Below the pieces are notes generated by a model, which saw only the letters and a list, made by a program, of their open reading frames with translations, was not told the origin of the DNA and did no database searches. Positions 36,818-47,593 of a DNA stretch of 64,000 nt are shown in pieces. The stretch spans positions 992,001 to 1,056,000 of the forward strand of contig NW_027191457.1 of NCBI RefSeq assembly GCF_011745625.1, read 5' to 3'. Source of the stretch: Cladosporium halotolerans (lineage: Eukaryota). How positions within the stretch are numbered: the first letter of the stretch is position 1; every line of letters starts with the position of its first letter. The position numbers and the translations under genes are program-made.

Positions 36818-38821
36818 TCATCTGCTCTCAAAATAGCTCGTCACGGCCTCGACGAACTCTCCCTTCTTCGTAAGACCTCCGCCCAGCTTCCTCTGCTTCA
36901 GAAACGCTTTCAAATCCTTGACCGTCATCTTGTTCAAAGCGTCCCTCTCCCACGCCTCCCGAACCTCACTCTCGCTCGGCACCCCACTGCCATCCCCATC
37001 CCCGCCCTCCTGCTTGACCTTCTTCGACGCCGCACTCGCCGGCTCCGCCTTCAGCGACCGCTTCACGCCCCCGTTCGCCGTGGCGTGCAAATGCGCCTTG
37101 TTCTCCCGCTGCCAGTTCCGGAACGCGGCGTCCAGCACCTCCCCCCACTCCAGCACGTACGGCCCCGCGCGCTTGTCGATCTGCCGGTGCCGCGGGATCG
37201 TCTTGTCCTTCGCCTTCTCCGGCACGTCTTCCTCGAGCGCCAGCGCTTGCAGGATGCGGTAGAACCACTGCAGCGACGGGTTCGGGTAGTTGCGCGGCTC
37301 GTAGGCGCCTTTGGGCAGCTGCAGCTGCTGGACGACTTTGCGCATCGCGTCCGTCACTTCGTCGGGCGCTTTGACGTGCGAGGTCTCGGGCGGGTGCCGG
37401 ATGTCGTCTGCGAAGGGCAGGGGTTTGATCCAGAGGCCTGGCGGGAGGGTTTGTTCGTCTTCGGCGTTGCGGTGCTCGGAGCCCGCGAGCACGGCGGCGA
37501 GGGTCGGCGCGGCGTTTTTGCGCGGGATGAACCAGGCGATGCCCATTTTGTCGCTCGCGAGGAGTTTCTGGTGCAGGGCGCTGAAGACGCGCGTGGAGCC
37601 GACGAAGCCTTCTTCGCTGGGGTAGATGAAGGTCGAGGGCTTGTAGTTGGCCCAGACGGGGAGCATGGAGGTCGGCTTGAAGCCGATGATGCGAAGGACG
37701 GGGTCGCCGAAGTTTTTGATTTGGGACAGCTCTTCGGTCGAGAAGGAGATGGTCTCGCCGCCGAATTTGAAGGCGCGGCGGACTTCGGCTTTCTCGACTG
37801 AGCGCGCGGTGTCGTCTGCCATTAGAGTGCTACTCATGACGGCGATCTGCGGCTTGTCGCTGTCTTCGGGCAGGTAGATGTATGATGTGCGCTTTGGCTC
37901 CTGGCGTTTCAGCAGGATGAAGCCTTTTACGCTGATCTTGAGCTTGGGTCCGATTTCGAAAGGCAGGTTGGCAAAGAGGGCTCTCCGTGGCGCAGCGCGA
38001 GAAGCGACGGATGAAAGCAGTGACTGCAGCAGGCTTATACCGTCCTTAGCGGTGGAAGATGCAGGCTTAATGTCTGTTGCCAGTGGAGCAGGGGCGTCCG
38101 GGTCTGACGGCGTGCTAGAATAAACGATGTCGTTGTAGAACTTGCTACGATCGAAAGTGTACCCTCGGTCTGGGTGGGAGATGGGGAACAGCTCGATCGT
38201 GACGCCGAGGTCGTACAGGTCCTTCGCTCTGACTGCGGCGGAGTTTCGAGCATCGCGGCTGGAGGCATGAGGGTAGTCGTTGTCGGTGACGAGGAAAAGC
38301 CGTCTTGAAGAGAAATTGGGAGCCTTGGTGGTGAAGATCTGGTTTGCGCAAAAGAGAAGGTTGGCCATGCTGACTTCCTCGTCGCTGGCTTGCAAAAGAT
38401 CGCTTCGCTCTTCTTCATCCTCAACCATATCCCGTAATCGTCTGACGTCTGCGGCAGCGGGTACGTCGAGGTCGGTAAGGAGATAGCAGTGGGGATATTG
38501 CAGACCCGGACCACCGCCGTCGTCGCCATCTTGGAAGCGGCTCTTCTCGGTGCCGAAAAGCAGCACGCCCATCATGTCGTTGGGATTGCTGATGATACGT
38601 TGTTGCATCAGCGCATAAGCACATTTGAGCGCAGCCAGTGTTGGCGACAGCGCAGTATCTGGTTTCTTCTCATTGAACTCGGACGGTTTCGTTAACATCG
38701 ACTTGCTGACGTCGATTGCGAATAGTACGGCATCTTTGACAGTTTTATAGCCAGTTTCGTCGATCTCCTCATCTTCGTCTTCCTCCTCCTCGGGGTCGCG
38801 AGGGTAGTTGGAGTCCGACAT
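36818..38821 (-). CDS. KU70: ATP-dependent DNA helicase II 70 kDa subunit (NHEJ), 667 aa, intronless
   Basis: vWA start KDAVLFAIDVSKSM, Ku core LRIIGFKP...FIYPSEE...GSTRVFSAL, LPFADDIR, YPNPSLQWFYRILQALAL, C-terminal SAP-like helix pair. Confidence 0.97.
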   Translation of the reverse strand: MSDSNYPRDPEEEEDEDEEIDETGYKTVKDAVLFAIDVSKSMLTKPSEFNEKKPDTALSPTLAALKCAYALMQQRIISNPNDMMGVLLFGTEKSRFQDGDDGGGPGLQYPHCYLLTDLDVPAAADVRRLRDMVEDEEERSDLLQASDEEVSMANLLFCANQIFTTKAPNFSSRRLFLVTDNDYPHASSRDARNSAAVRAKDLYDLGVTIELFPISHPDRGYTFDRSKFYNDIVYSSTPSDPDAPAPLATDIKPASSTAKDGISLLQSLLSSVASRAAPRRALFANLPFEIGPKLKISVKGFILLKRQEPKRTSYIYLPEDSDKPQIAVMSSTLMADDTARSVEKAEVRRAFKFGGETISFSTEELSQIKNFGDPVLRIIGFKPTSMLPVWANYKPSTFIYPSEEGFVGSTRVFSALHQKLLASDKMGIAWFIPRKNAAPTLAAVLAGSEHRNAEDEQTLPPGLWIKPLPFADDIRHPPETSHVKAPDEVTDAMRKVVQQLQLPKGAYEPRNYPNPSLQWFYRILQALALEEDVPEKAKDKTIPRHRQIDKRAGPYVLEWGEVLDAAFRNWQRENKAHLHATANGGVKRSLKAEPASAASKKVKQEGGDGDGSGVPSESEVREAWERDALNKMTVKDLKAFLKQRKLGGGLTKKGEFVEAVTSYFESR

Positions 38822-39249
38822 GTCGGATATGATGAGGCGAAAACGGTATTGTTGATATGAGAGACGGGCTGATAAGTGGTCAGGGCAGACAATCTTCGTA
38901 CACGTCGGCTCTATGTACTGTAACTCGTCTCCCTCGAAACACTTCTCGTCCTAATGTCGGTTGCGCAGTTTATGTTTGGACGTTCGTCTCCGCCCCCGGC
39001 TTGAGCTTCACGGTCGGCTGCCTGAAGCGTCGCGTTCGCGGAGTCGCGCATTCACGTGATCTCGCTGATCGGTGACGCAGTCACTGCAGGCGAAGCTCGG
39101 TGCCGCGATCGCCGCCGCTGGTCAGCATCATTGGAATCGGGCCACAAAGTTGAAGTGAGGCCCGCCGTCTCGTCACATTCGCGCTCACTTCACTCACGTT
39201 TTGCTTTGTTTTGCGTCTCGGTTCTTTTGCGCATTTCCCATTTCCCATC

Positions 39250-40548
39250 ATGAGTGTCGCACAATCTCTACGCGCGATCAGCAAACGAGCATCGCCAGCG
39301 CAGTGCCTCCAAGCACAGAAGGCCCGATCATGGCAGCAGCACCGAGCCCTCGCCACGCATGTACCGCCTGTCACCCAGGACAACACCTCGTCGCAGGGTC
39401 CCACTGCCATGGTCTTCATGAATATGGGCGGCCCTAGCACGACCGACGAGGTTCACGGTTTCCTTTCTCGATTATTCGCCGACGGCGATCTCATTCCCCT
39501 TGGTCCTCTTCAAGGATACCTCGGACCTTTCATTGCGAAGCGCCGGACGCCCAAGATTCAAAAGCAGTATGCAGATATTGGTGGTGGCAGCCCCATCAGG
39601 AAGTGGAGCGAGTACCAGTGCGAAGAGATGTGCAAGATTCTGGACAAGATCCGGCCGGAGAGCGCTCCTCACAAGCCATACGTTGCTTTCAGGTACGCGG
39701 ACCCTCTGACGGAAGAGATGTACGCGAAGCTGCTGGAGGATGGTTTCGGCAAGGGCAAAGGTGGTCGGGCAGTGGCATTCACACAATACCCTCAGTACTC
39801 GTGCAGTACGACCGGCAGCTCGCTCAATGAGCTGTGGAAGTGGCGCCAGCGCATGGAGTCTCCCAGACGGAACTCCAACCTCACCGCCGCAGAAGCCGAG
39901 GGCTCAATCAACTGGAGCGTGATTGATCGCTGGCCGACTCACCCTGGTCTTGTCGAAGCCTTCGCTCAGAACATCGAAGCCACCCTCCAGACCTACCCTG
40001 AGGATGTCCGTGACAGCGTCGTCCTTCTCTACTCCGCCCATTCGCTTCCCATGTCCGTTGTCAACCGTGGCGACCCCTACCCCGCTGAGGTCGCTGCCAC
40101 TGTTTGGGCAGTACAGCAGCGTCTCGGTCACAAGAACCCTTACCGCCTTGTGTGGCAGTCGCAGGTCGGCCCGTCCGCCTGGCTCGGAGCTCAGACCAGC
40201 GATACCGTGGCAAACCTTGTCAAGAAGGGCCAGAAGGATCTCGTTCTCATTCCGATCGCCTTCACTTCCGACCACATTGAGACCCTGTTCGAAATCGATC
40301 AGGAGGTCATCCATGAGGCAAATGAGCTTGGCGCAGACGGCCGAGTGAGGCGAGCAGAGTCTCTCAACGGCAACCCGATCTTCATTCGCGGACTGGCGGA
40401 TATTGCCAAGAGCCACTTGGACAGCGGCGAGGCGTGCTCCAGGCAGATGGGCCTCAGGTGTCCCGGCTGCAAGAGTGAAAGATGCTTGGAGCAGAAGAAG
40501 TTCTTCCTCGGCCAGAATGAGCGCAACAACGATGCCGTGGCACTGTAA
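39250..40548 (+). CDS. HEM15: Mitochondrial ferrochelatase (432 aa)
   Basis: Presequence-like N-terminus. Motifs MNMGGP, IGGGSPI, AFRYADP, QYPQYSCSTTGSS, SAHSLP, WQSQVGP, AFTSDHIETLFEID. C-terminal CPGCKSERC. Confidence 0.97.
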   Translation: MSVAQSLRAISKRASPAQCLQAQKARSWQQHRALATHVPPVTQDNTSSQGPTAMVFMNMGGPSTTDEVHGFLSRLFADGDLIPLGPLQGYLGPFIAKRRTPKIQKQYADIGGGSPIRKWSEYQCEEMCKILDKIRPESAPHKPYVAFRYADPLTEEMYAKLLEDGFGKGKGGRAVAFTQYPQYSCSTTGSSLNELWKWRQRMESPRRNSNLTAAEAEGSINWSVIDRWPTHPGLVEAFAQNIEATLQTYPEDVRDSVVLLYSAHSLPMSVVNRGDPYPAEVAATVWAVQQRLGHKNPYRLVWQSQVGPSAWLGAQTSDTVANLVKKGQKDLVLIPIAFTSDHIETLFEIDQEVIHEANELGADGRVRRAESLNGNPIFIRGLADIAKSHLDSGEACSRQMGLRCPGCKSERCLEQKKFFLGQNERNNDAVAL

Positions 40549-41101
40549 GTTGTCACATGTATGTAATTACTTACCAAACTACCAGTAATATTAGGCATCT
40601 GTCTTCATTACATCCTGCGAGCTACTTCATGCGCACTTCACCCAATACTCACGCACACATGCCTTAGGTCTTCAACGGCGGTCACATGCGATTCAAAACA
40701 TCTTCACTCACTCACTATGCATGAGGCTGCCGAATGAAATGAGCGTCACATGTCAGCTGCCGCCGTTTGCGTCCCATCACTTCGTCCGACTATTTGATCG
40801 ACTCAACACCCTCCTTCTCGCCTTCCAACCTCCATCCCTCGACACACCATCTTTTACCGCACCACAACACGCATTCTCGTCGCTGTTTTCTTGACACGCT
40901 CAAATAAAGATCAACAACCGCAACAAATCAACGACACAAGAAGCTATAGCTTCTCAATCAAAGGTATTACTTTTTGCAGCGTCGTTATCGTCAGGCAGCG
41001 CGGTTCAGAGATCGGAGGAAGCAGTGGAGGACTTGGCGCTTTTTTTGGTGTTACATCTACTAAACACGCGGTCAAGTCATCGTCCAGAAGCCTGGAAGAA
41101 G

Positions 41102-41838
41102 ATGGCTTTTCTCGACACCGCCGACAGCAAGCATGCTGCGCCCAGCGACGCCGTTTCCAGCACTGCTGGCGGCAAGAGTCACGAGAAGAAGACCGGGAGC
41201 AGCGACTCCCCCATCTTCAGACTCCCGGCCGAGATCAGAAACATGATCTGGCAATACGTCGTCGATGGCCGTAAGTCCCCTATCACCTCCCTAACCCGCA
41301 GCCTCAACAGCTAACCCACCCCACAACAGACGGCAAGATCATCCGCGTCGGCCGCAAGAAGAAAGACGCCCGCACCCAGCAGCGTGACCGCCTCGCCCTC
41401 GCCCTCACCTGCCGCCAGGTCCAGAACGAGGCCTACCTCATGTACTACGCGTGCAATACCTTCGTCCTCCGCGCCCGCCACCGCAGCCACTGCTTCCGCG
41501 TTATCGAGCCCGCCGCCAACTGGCTGTACGAACTGCTGGAGGAGGAGAGAGAGGCGCTCGGAAAGGTCGTCATCTGCTGCAAGACGGATGTGCCGCTGCT
41601 TCTCATGCAGCATGCCTGGAGCTTTGCAGAGGCTCTTGGAATGGGGTTCGGGTTTAAGGTTGTGGGGAAATTGGATAAGGAGGTTGAGGAGAAGAAGGCC
41701 CATATGGGCATTGAGAGGACTGTCAAGAGGATGGTTGAGAGCTGGGACTGTGAGCATGGGAAGGATTGCTCTGGGTCGCATTTCGAGCTGGCTCGCCCGA
41801 AGCCGAAGGCTAAGGGCAGTGAGAAGAAGAGGCTGTGA
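41102..41838 (+). CDS. Small F-box-like/2EXR-like fungal protein (~225 aa). Exons 41102-41270 and 41330-41838
   Basis: SPIFRLPAEIRNMIWQYV followed after splicing by LALTCRQVQNEA..YYACNTF, typical of this expanded fungal family. Intron 41271-41329 (GTAAGT...GCTAAC...CAG). Confidence 0.8.
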
Positions 41839-42653
41839 TGGGTGGAACGTTTGAGGTCAACGAAATTGTTGTTTGAGAGAGGTGTTGTGGAGGGACGTTT
41901 GAGGGTATCGGATGGCTTGTGACAGACAGACTGAAGAATGAATGGAACGTCATCTCCAGAATGGCATGGCAATGTGAGCTATGACCATCAAAAGCATATC
42001 CATAATAGCGTGTCTACCCATTGAGAGCGTATCAATTGCCATCAATCTAATTTCAGTAATGTTGTCGTTGTGAGATACCGGGACGGAGGGCCGGGAGGAA
42101 TGAACGCCGAAAGTGCCGCTGCGGCCATCGGACTGGCTGGGGATGCGTTTCGAGATGCGATGACCTCACCACTCGAGCCGGGATGTTGCCAACAAAGGGG
42201 ATAATAGGAGCATATACGCTGCGAAGGGATGAACGAAATCTACATCCAGAGTCTTCCAATAACCGGCGGTTAAGAGAACATCATAGTCCGAACGCTATAG
42301 ATCTGCAATTCGTCTGAAAGTGGAAGATAAACAGAAGTCCGCATCTGGAAGGCAGACGATTAGCGTTTCGCGGGCTTGAAACCCGTGCCGTATGCCTGAC
42401 GTGGTTCGCATCTGGCTCCTGCAACGCCGTATCTTGATTGATAATGTAGCGCTCATCGCATTCCGCACGCTTGCTGACCGTCCCGTCTCTCGTTTTCCCA
42501 TCTCAGTCTTCTTTCCTTTACAGCATTGACCGCATACCGACATGACTTTGGCAGGCCCAGAGTAAGATCGCCATCAGGTCTCGTGCCCGTCGCATTCGGA
42601 CTCGGAAGTCAACCACTACGGCAGTGAGCATCTAGCAAGAGCATAGGCGCGCG

Positions 42654-44442
42654 ATGGAGAACACAGACAGCGTGATTGAGGCCGAGGCTGCTCTTGAGCA
42701 GCGCGCTCTTCGGCAGGATCGCAATGTACACAGCGAAAGGGCTGGTCATCAGGCGGCGAAGGTAGCAGGCGGCGGCATAAGCGTACCCGAGGAGACGGGC
42801 GAGCACAGGCTCCACGAAGAGTCGCCTTTGCTGCCGCGCGAGCCTGCGGACGAAGGCCGGAAGGACTCGTGGTCCGGAGGAGATGATTTTGCCCACTTGC
42901 CGTGGCACAAAAGGCCGTCGATATACTGGGTTCTGGGGCCGTTCTTCATAGTGGCTCTGGCTTTTGGAGGTTCCATCACGCCCAAGATCAACCTGATATT
43001 GCAGCTGGTTTGTCGGCAATATATCGACGAGCGATCAATTGCGGAGCCAGGCTTCACGAGACTGCCTGTCGACTTCAATGGTGGGGATAATGATCAATGT
43101 CGCATTCCTGAGGTACAGAGTCGGGTGTCGATATTCACTCTGTGGATAAACCTCATTACCGGCCTCATCTCTGCATTCGCCAGCCCCAAACTGGGCGCGC
43201 TCAGCGATCGGTACGGACGCAAGAAGATTATCGTCGTCACAAGCGCAGGAACTATTTTGGCCGAAATCATCACGATCATAGCGGCTACTCACCCGGAGAC
43301 CATTAACGTGGAATGGCTTCTCGTGGGGGCTGCTCTAGACGGCTTGACCGGCTCTTTCATCGTCGCAATGGCCATTACCAACTCCTATGTGACTGATTGC
43401 ACACCTCCCGCGGGACGTAATGTAGCTTTCGGTCTGATCCATGGTTGCCTGTTCTCCGGCGTCGCATTCGGGCCCATCATTGCAGGCTATCTGGTCAAGT
43501 ACACCGGCAAGATCGTCATCGTCTTCTACATCTTGCTTGCCGTGCATACGTCTTTCGCGATCTTCATCGGTTTCGTTGTGCCGGAGTCTGTCAGTAAGAA
43601 GCGCCAACTTGCGGCGCGCGAAAAGCACGAGGAGCTTCGTCGCGACACCCAACAGGATTCGACATGGGACTGGATCAACCAGCTGCGGTCTCTCAACGTC
43701 TTCGCTCCTTTAAAGGTGCTGTGGCCGACAGGCGAGGGCTCGTCACCAGCGCTGCGCCGCAACCTCGTCTTCCTCGCAGCCGTCGACACCATCGTCTTCG
43801 GCGTCGCAATGGGCTCCATGACCGTCGTCATAATTTACACAAACTACCAGTTCGGCTGGAAAACTTTCGAGTCCTCGCGCTTCATGAGTATTGTCAACGC
43901 CTGCCGCGTCTTCTGCCTGCTCGTCGTCATGCCGCTGCTCACGCGCTGGGTGCGCCGGACGAAGAACTTCCCTTCGCAGAAGAACTCCGGCTCTGACCTG
44001 TTCGACCTGTCCATCATTCGCTTCGCAGTCCTCTTCGACACAATCGGATACTTGGGCTACACCCTTTCTCGTTCTGGTAGCATGATGATCCTGTCTGGCA
44101 GTATCGCGGCCATTGGTGGTGTTGCTTCACCCACGCTGCAGTCGGCGCTGACCAAACATGTGCCGCCTGAGCAAACGGGCCAACTCCTCGGCGCCAGCGG
44201 GTTGTTGCACGCGTTGGCACGTGTTGTGGCGCCTACGGTTTTTAATGCTATTTACGCGGCCACCGTGGGCAAGTTCACGCAGACGGTGTTTGTTTGTCTG
44301 ACTGCGACGTTTGGGCTGGCTTTTGTGATTAGTTGGGTTGTTCAGCCGCATGGTGAATTCTTGACGCACCGTTGAACCGACAAGGGTTTTGCTGACACCA
44401 ATTGCAGTATATCTACATGAAGACCATGGGCGCGAGGATTAA
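42654..44442 (+). CDS. MFS transporter, tetracycline-efflux/SLC46-like (~577 aa). Exons 42654-44352 and 44408-44442
   Basis: Motif A GALSDRYGRK, many hydrophobic segments, N-terminal EESPLL acidic dileucine signal. Terminal intron 44353-44407 (GTGAAT...GCTGAC...CAG). Confidence 0.9.
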
Positions 44443-44722
44443 TTCTCCTCAGCGCTGCTCGCCGGCAATCTAATGGTTGCGCACTCTATTCATCGCATAT
44501 CTTGGAATCGCTTTTTCTTTATTCTTGTTCCTTTAATAAGTCTCTCGAGTAAAAGCATCGTCGCTTTCAATAACTTACTTTTGGGAGGATGTTGTTCCAT
44601 TCATCACGGTTGCCCTCAGGAGTACACAGGGTCTAAGATACCCACGTGAATAGCATTTGATTACTTCGTGATATCATTAAATACCTCACATCCATTCTCG
44701 TGCAACAGGAAACCGACGTCAA

Positions 44723-45193
44723 TCAAGCGGTCAACAAATCCCATTTCATAGCAAAGCAAATCTCCCCTCCTCCCACCTCGATCGCCCTCACTTTCCCAGG
44801 CTCAAACCCGCCCAGCTCCACCAACTTCGCAAAGTTGACCTTCTCGCCCGCCACCTCGCCCGACTCCGGCGGCAGTATCACCGCCACGCCCTTCCAGAGC
44901 AGCGAGTAGTGCACGCACTTCAAGCCCTTGACCGACGTTTTCAGGTCGGATGACAGCGTGGCGAAGATGTGCGTGAAGGTCGATTCGGGCTGCGACCAGG
45001 CGCGCGTGGACGATGTGTCGGTTTTGTGCGTAGTTATCGACGGCTGGTCGTTGTGTGCGAAGGCATCTTTGCACCACGCTGTCACGGTCGCGGTTGTGGT
45101 GTCGTCAAGGCAGAGGATTTTGGAGCTGCCGGAGAGCGAGAGCCGGGTGTCGTATTCGGCCAGGAACGCCTGGAGGGTGGGGTTGGTGGACAT
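44723..45193 (-). CDS. Small protein resembling a degenerate class I SAM-methyltransferase fold (156 aa)
   Basis: Intact ORF with coding-like composition and GCCATG start. FTHIF...LKCVHYSLLWKGVAVIL and LVELGGF resemble C-terminal motifs of fungal UbiE-like methyltransferases. No glycine-rich motif I. Confidence 0.6.
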   Translation of the reverse strand: MSTNPTLQAFLAEYDTRLSLSGSSKILCLDDTTTATVTAWCKDAFAHNDQPSITTHKTDTSSTRAWSQPESTFTHIFATLSSDLKTSVKGLKCVHYSLLWKGVAVILPPESGEVAGEKVNFAKLVELGGFEPGKVRAIEVGGGEICFAMKWDLLTA

Positions 45194-46198
45194 GGCTGTG
45201 GGTGTGGTGCTCGGGATCTGATGGATGGATTTGGGGTTAGGCTGGGTTGAATGAGGCTCGTAAAAGCTCGTATCGATGCTACTCGGTTGTTTTTGCTATC
45301 AAGGCCAACCTTGGATCTAATAATTAGATGGTATATCAAGGCCGGCCACTACGGTAAGGCGATGTTGCTTGGCGCCTCGTCTCCGCGATGAGCGACGTCG
45401 ATCCGTCCGTCCGCCCGGCGCGTGGGCGACCGGGGGAAGGCTCGCTTGGACAACATCACATCGTGTCTCTGGCGACACCAACGACTTCCTCAACCATCTA
45501 GAGTCACGACATGTGATATATCATGCCGGGATTACTCGGCTAGGACTGAATGCGCAAAACGACAGACGGACAGGTCACACTGCTACCTTCCAATATCGAG
45601 CTTCCTCGGCGTCCTTAATACGACTCACGTGCATCGCGGCCGGCCCCTCGATTTGGGCTTTGCGTTTGCGTCGCGTTGTGGACCGGGCCATGGCCTCCAA
45701 TCACAGGCCCGCGCCCACGGTACCACAGCGTGATACTTCGAGCACATGCTGCTGTGTCCAATACTAGGCAGCCTTACGTGGGAAGAACTCCGTGCCTCGG
45801 CTCGTGCTTCATGTTGTGATACCTGCAGAACATCACCACCACGCGTGGATCAACACGCCCAGTACTGCTCTTGGTCTGTATATACCCTCTTGTGTAGTAT
45901 TAGTATAAGGTACGCTTACATCGCTTACTCGAAGCTTTCAATAGCCCCCGTGTAGGCCTGCGTGCCGGGGCTTAGCAAAGATGGCGGCCGTTGCTAGCGT
46001 TGCGCAGCGTCGCAAGACATCCAACGAAGTAGCAGAGCCTGCCAACGGCTAATAATACAAGTATATGTCGGCGAGACGCCTCCTATCCTGCCTTCGGTCT
46101 TCACAGTCGCAGTCTTTCGTTGCTGCCGACAGCCACAGGGCCGGTCACTCGTTCAGACAGCCACTTACCTCATTTTTGTTGTGCAACTTTAGCCCACC

Positions 46199-47593
46199 AT
46201 GCTAAAGCACTTCGTCTCCTTGTTTATGCTGGTTGCTTTCCTCGCGGGCTCCAGTATAGGTCAACTGATCACGCCACCGCTGCTCCCAAGCCTTGACCCG
46301 TTCTATCAGCCTCCTGCAGGGTTTGAGAGCCAGGAACCTGGAGCCATCCTGCGCACTCGCAAAGTCGCGACGGCCTACTTCGGCCTGATTCCGAATCCGG
46401 TCCAGGCATGGCAGCTGCTGTACCGCACAAATGCTGTTGACGGCTCTGCAATCGCCTCCGTGACAACAGTCTTCAAGCCTCTTGTTGCGAAGAACGACCG
46501 CTTTGTCTCCTTCCAGACAGCCTACGATGGCGCGGCGAGGAGCGGAGTTTGCGACCCGAGTTACAATTACAGGCTCTTCGCGCCGCAGATTGACCTCATC
46601 TCTTCCGTCGAGTTCCTCCTGCTGCAAGCCTTCATCTTGGATGGCAACATCGTGTCTGCCTCAGACTACGAAGGTCCCGATGCTGCTTTCGGAGCCGGTC
46701 GCCTTGCTGGTACTGGCGTCTTGGACAGCATGCGTGCTGTGAAGAACTTCAAATCGACGCTTGGCTTCTCCACTGACAACCCGAAGGTCGTTGGCTACGG
46801 CTACAGTGGTGGTGCCATTGCAACAGGTTGGGCAGCCGGGTTGCAGCCATCTTACGCCCCAGAGCTCGATATCAAGGGCTGGGCTCATGGTGGCACACCG
46901 GCAAATCTCACTGGCACAGCTCTTCTCGTCGACGGTACTCTTTTCTCCGGTTTCCTCCCCCAGGCTCTTGCCGGCCTTAGTGCACCTACTGCATATGGTG
47001 CCGAGCTGCTCCCAGTATACGATCAGATCATTACACCGTACGGCCAGACTGTCCTGGATCTCGCTGAGCAAATCTGCTCCGTCCAGAACATCTTCACCTT
47101 CGCTTTCCAGGAAGTTCAATCCACCAAGGTCCAAACTCTCGGCGACCAGATCTTCTACGAGCCCACCATTTCCAGCGTTCTCACTCGCAACAATATGGGC
47201 TTGAACTCCGGTGAGACACCCACGGCCCCGGTTTACATGTTCCACGCCCCAGACGACGAGATCATCCCGTACGCCAACGCCACCACGCTCCGCGATGATT
47301 GGTGTGGCTTCGGTGCGAGCGTTGAGTTCGTCACTATTGCCGCTGGCGGCCATGCGACCACGGAAGTCATCGGCTTCCCGGGCGCTTTCAAGTTCGTCAA
47401 GGATGCTTTCGATGGAAATGTCGGCGGCGCGTGCTCGTCGGAGACGGTTTTGGATGAAACTCTCAATCCGCTGGCGCTGGGTCTCTCGCTCGAGCCAATT
47501 CTGGTCCAGCTGCTCAATGCTCTTGCGATTGCGGGCAGGAAGGATGCGAATATTATCAGCGATGTTGGAAATCTCAATAAGACGGCGACGTAA
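46199..47593 (+). CDS. Secreted lipase, LIP/CalA-like family (464 aa)
   Basis: Signal peptide MLKHFVSLFMLVAFLAGSSIG; DPFYQPP, QLLYRT, DYEGP, nucleophile elbow GYSGG, DEIIPY, GHATT. Confidence 0.92.
   Translation: MLKHFVSLFMLVAFLAGSSIGQLITPPLLPSLDPFYQPPAGFESQEPGAILRTRKVATAYFGLIPNPVQAWQLLYRTNAVDGSAIASVTTVFKPLVAKNDRFVSFQTAYDGAARSGVCDPSYNYRLFAPQIDLISSVEFLLLQAFILDGNIVSASDYEGPDAAFGAGRLAGTGVLDSMRAVKNFKSTLGFSTDNPKVVGYGYSGGAIATGWAAGLQPSYAPELDIKGWAHGGTPANLTGTALLVDGTLFSGFLPQALAGLSAPTAYGAELLPVYDQIITPYGQTVLDLAEQICSVQNIFTFAFQEVQSTKVQTLGDQIFYEPTISSVLTRNNMGLNSGETPTAPVYMFHAPDDEIIPYANATTLRDDWCGFGASVEFVTIAAGGHATTEVIGFPGAFKFVKDAFDGNVGGACSSETVLDETLNPLALGLSLEPILVQLLNALAIAGRKDANIISDVGNLNKTAT

Noticed and set aside
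36776..37801. Long antisense ORFs (341 aa over KU70; similarly 18143-19201, 46661-47620, 57484-58311)
   Set aside because: Explained by the GC-rich codon bias of the real genes on the opposite strand.
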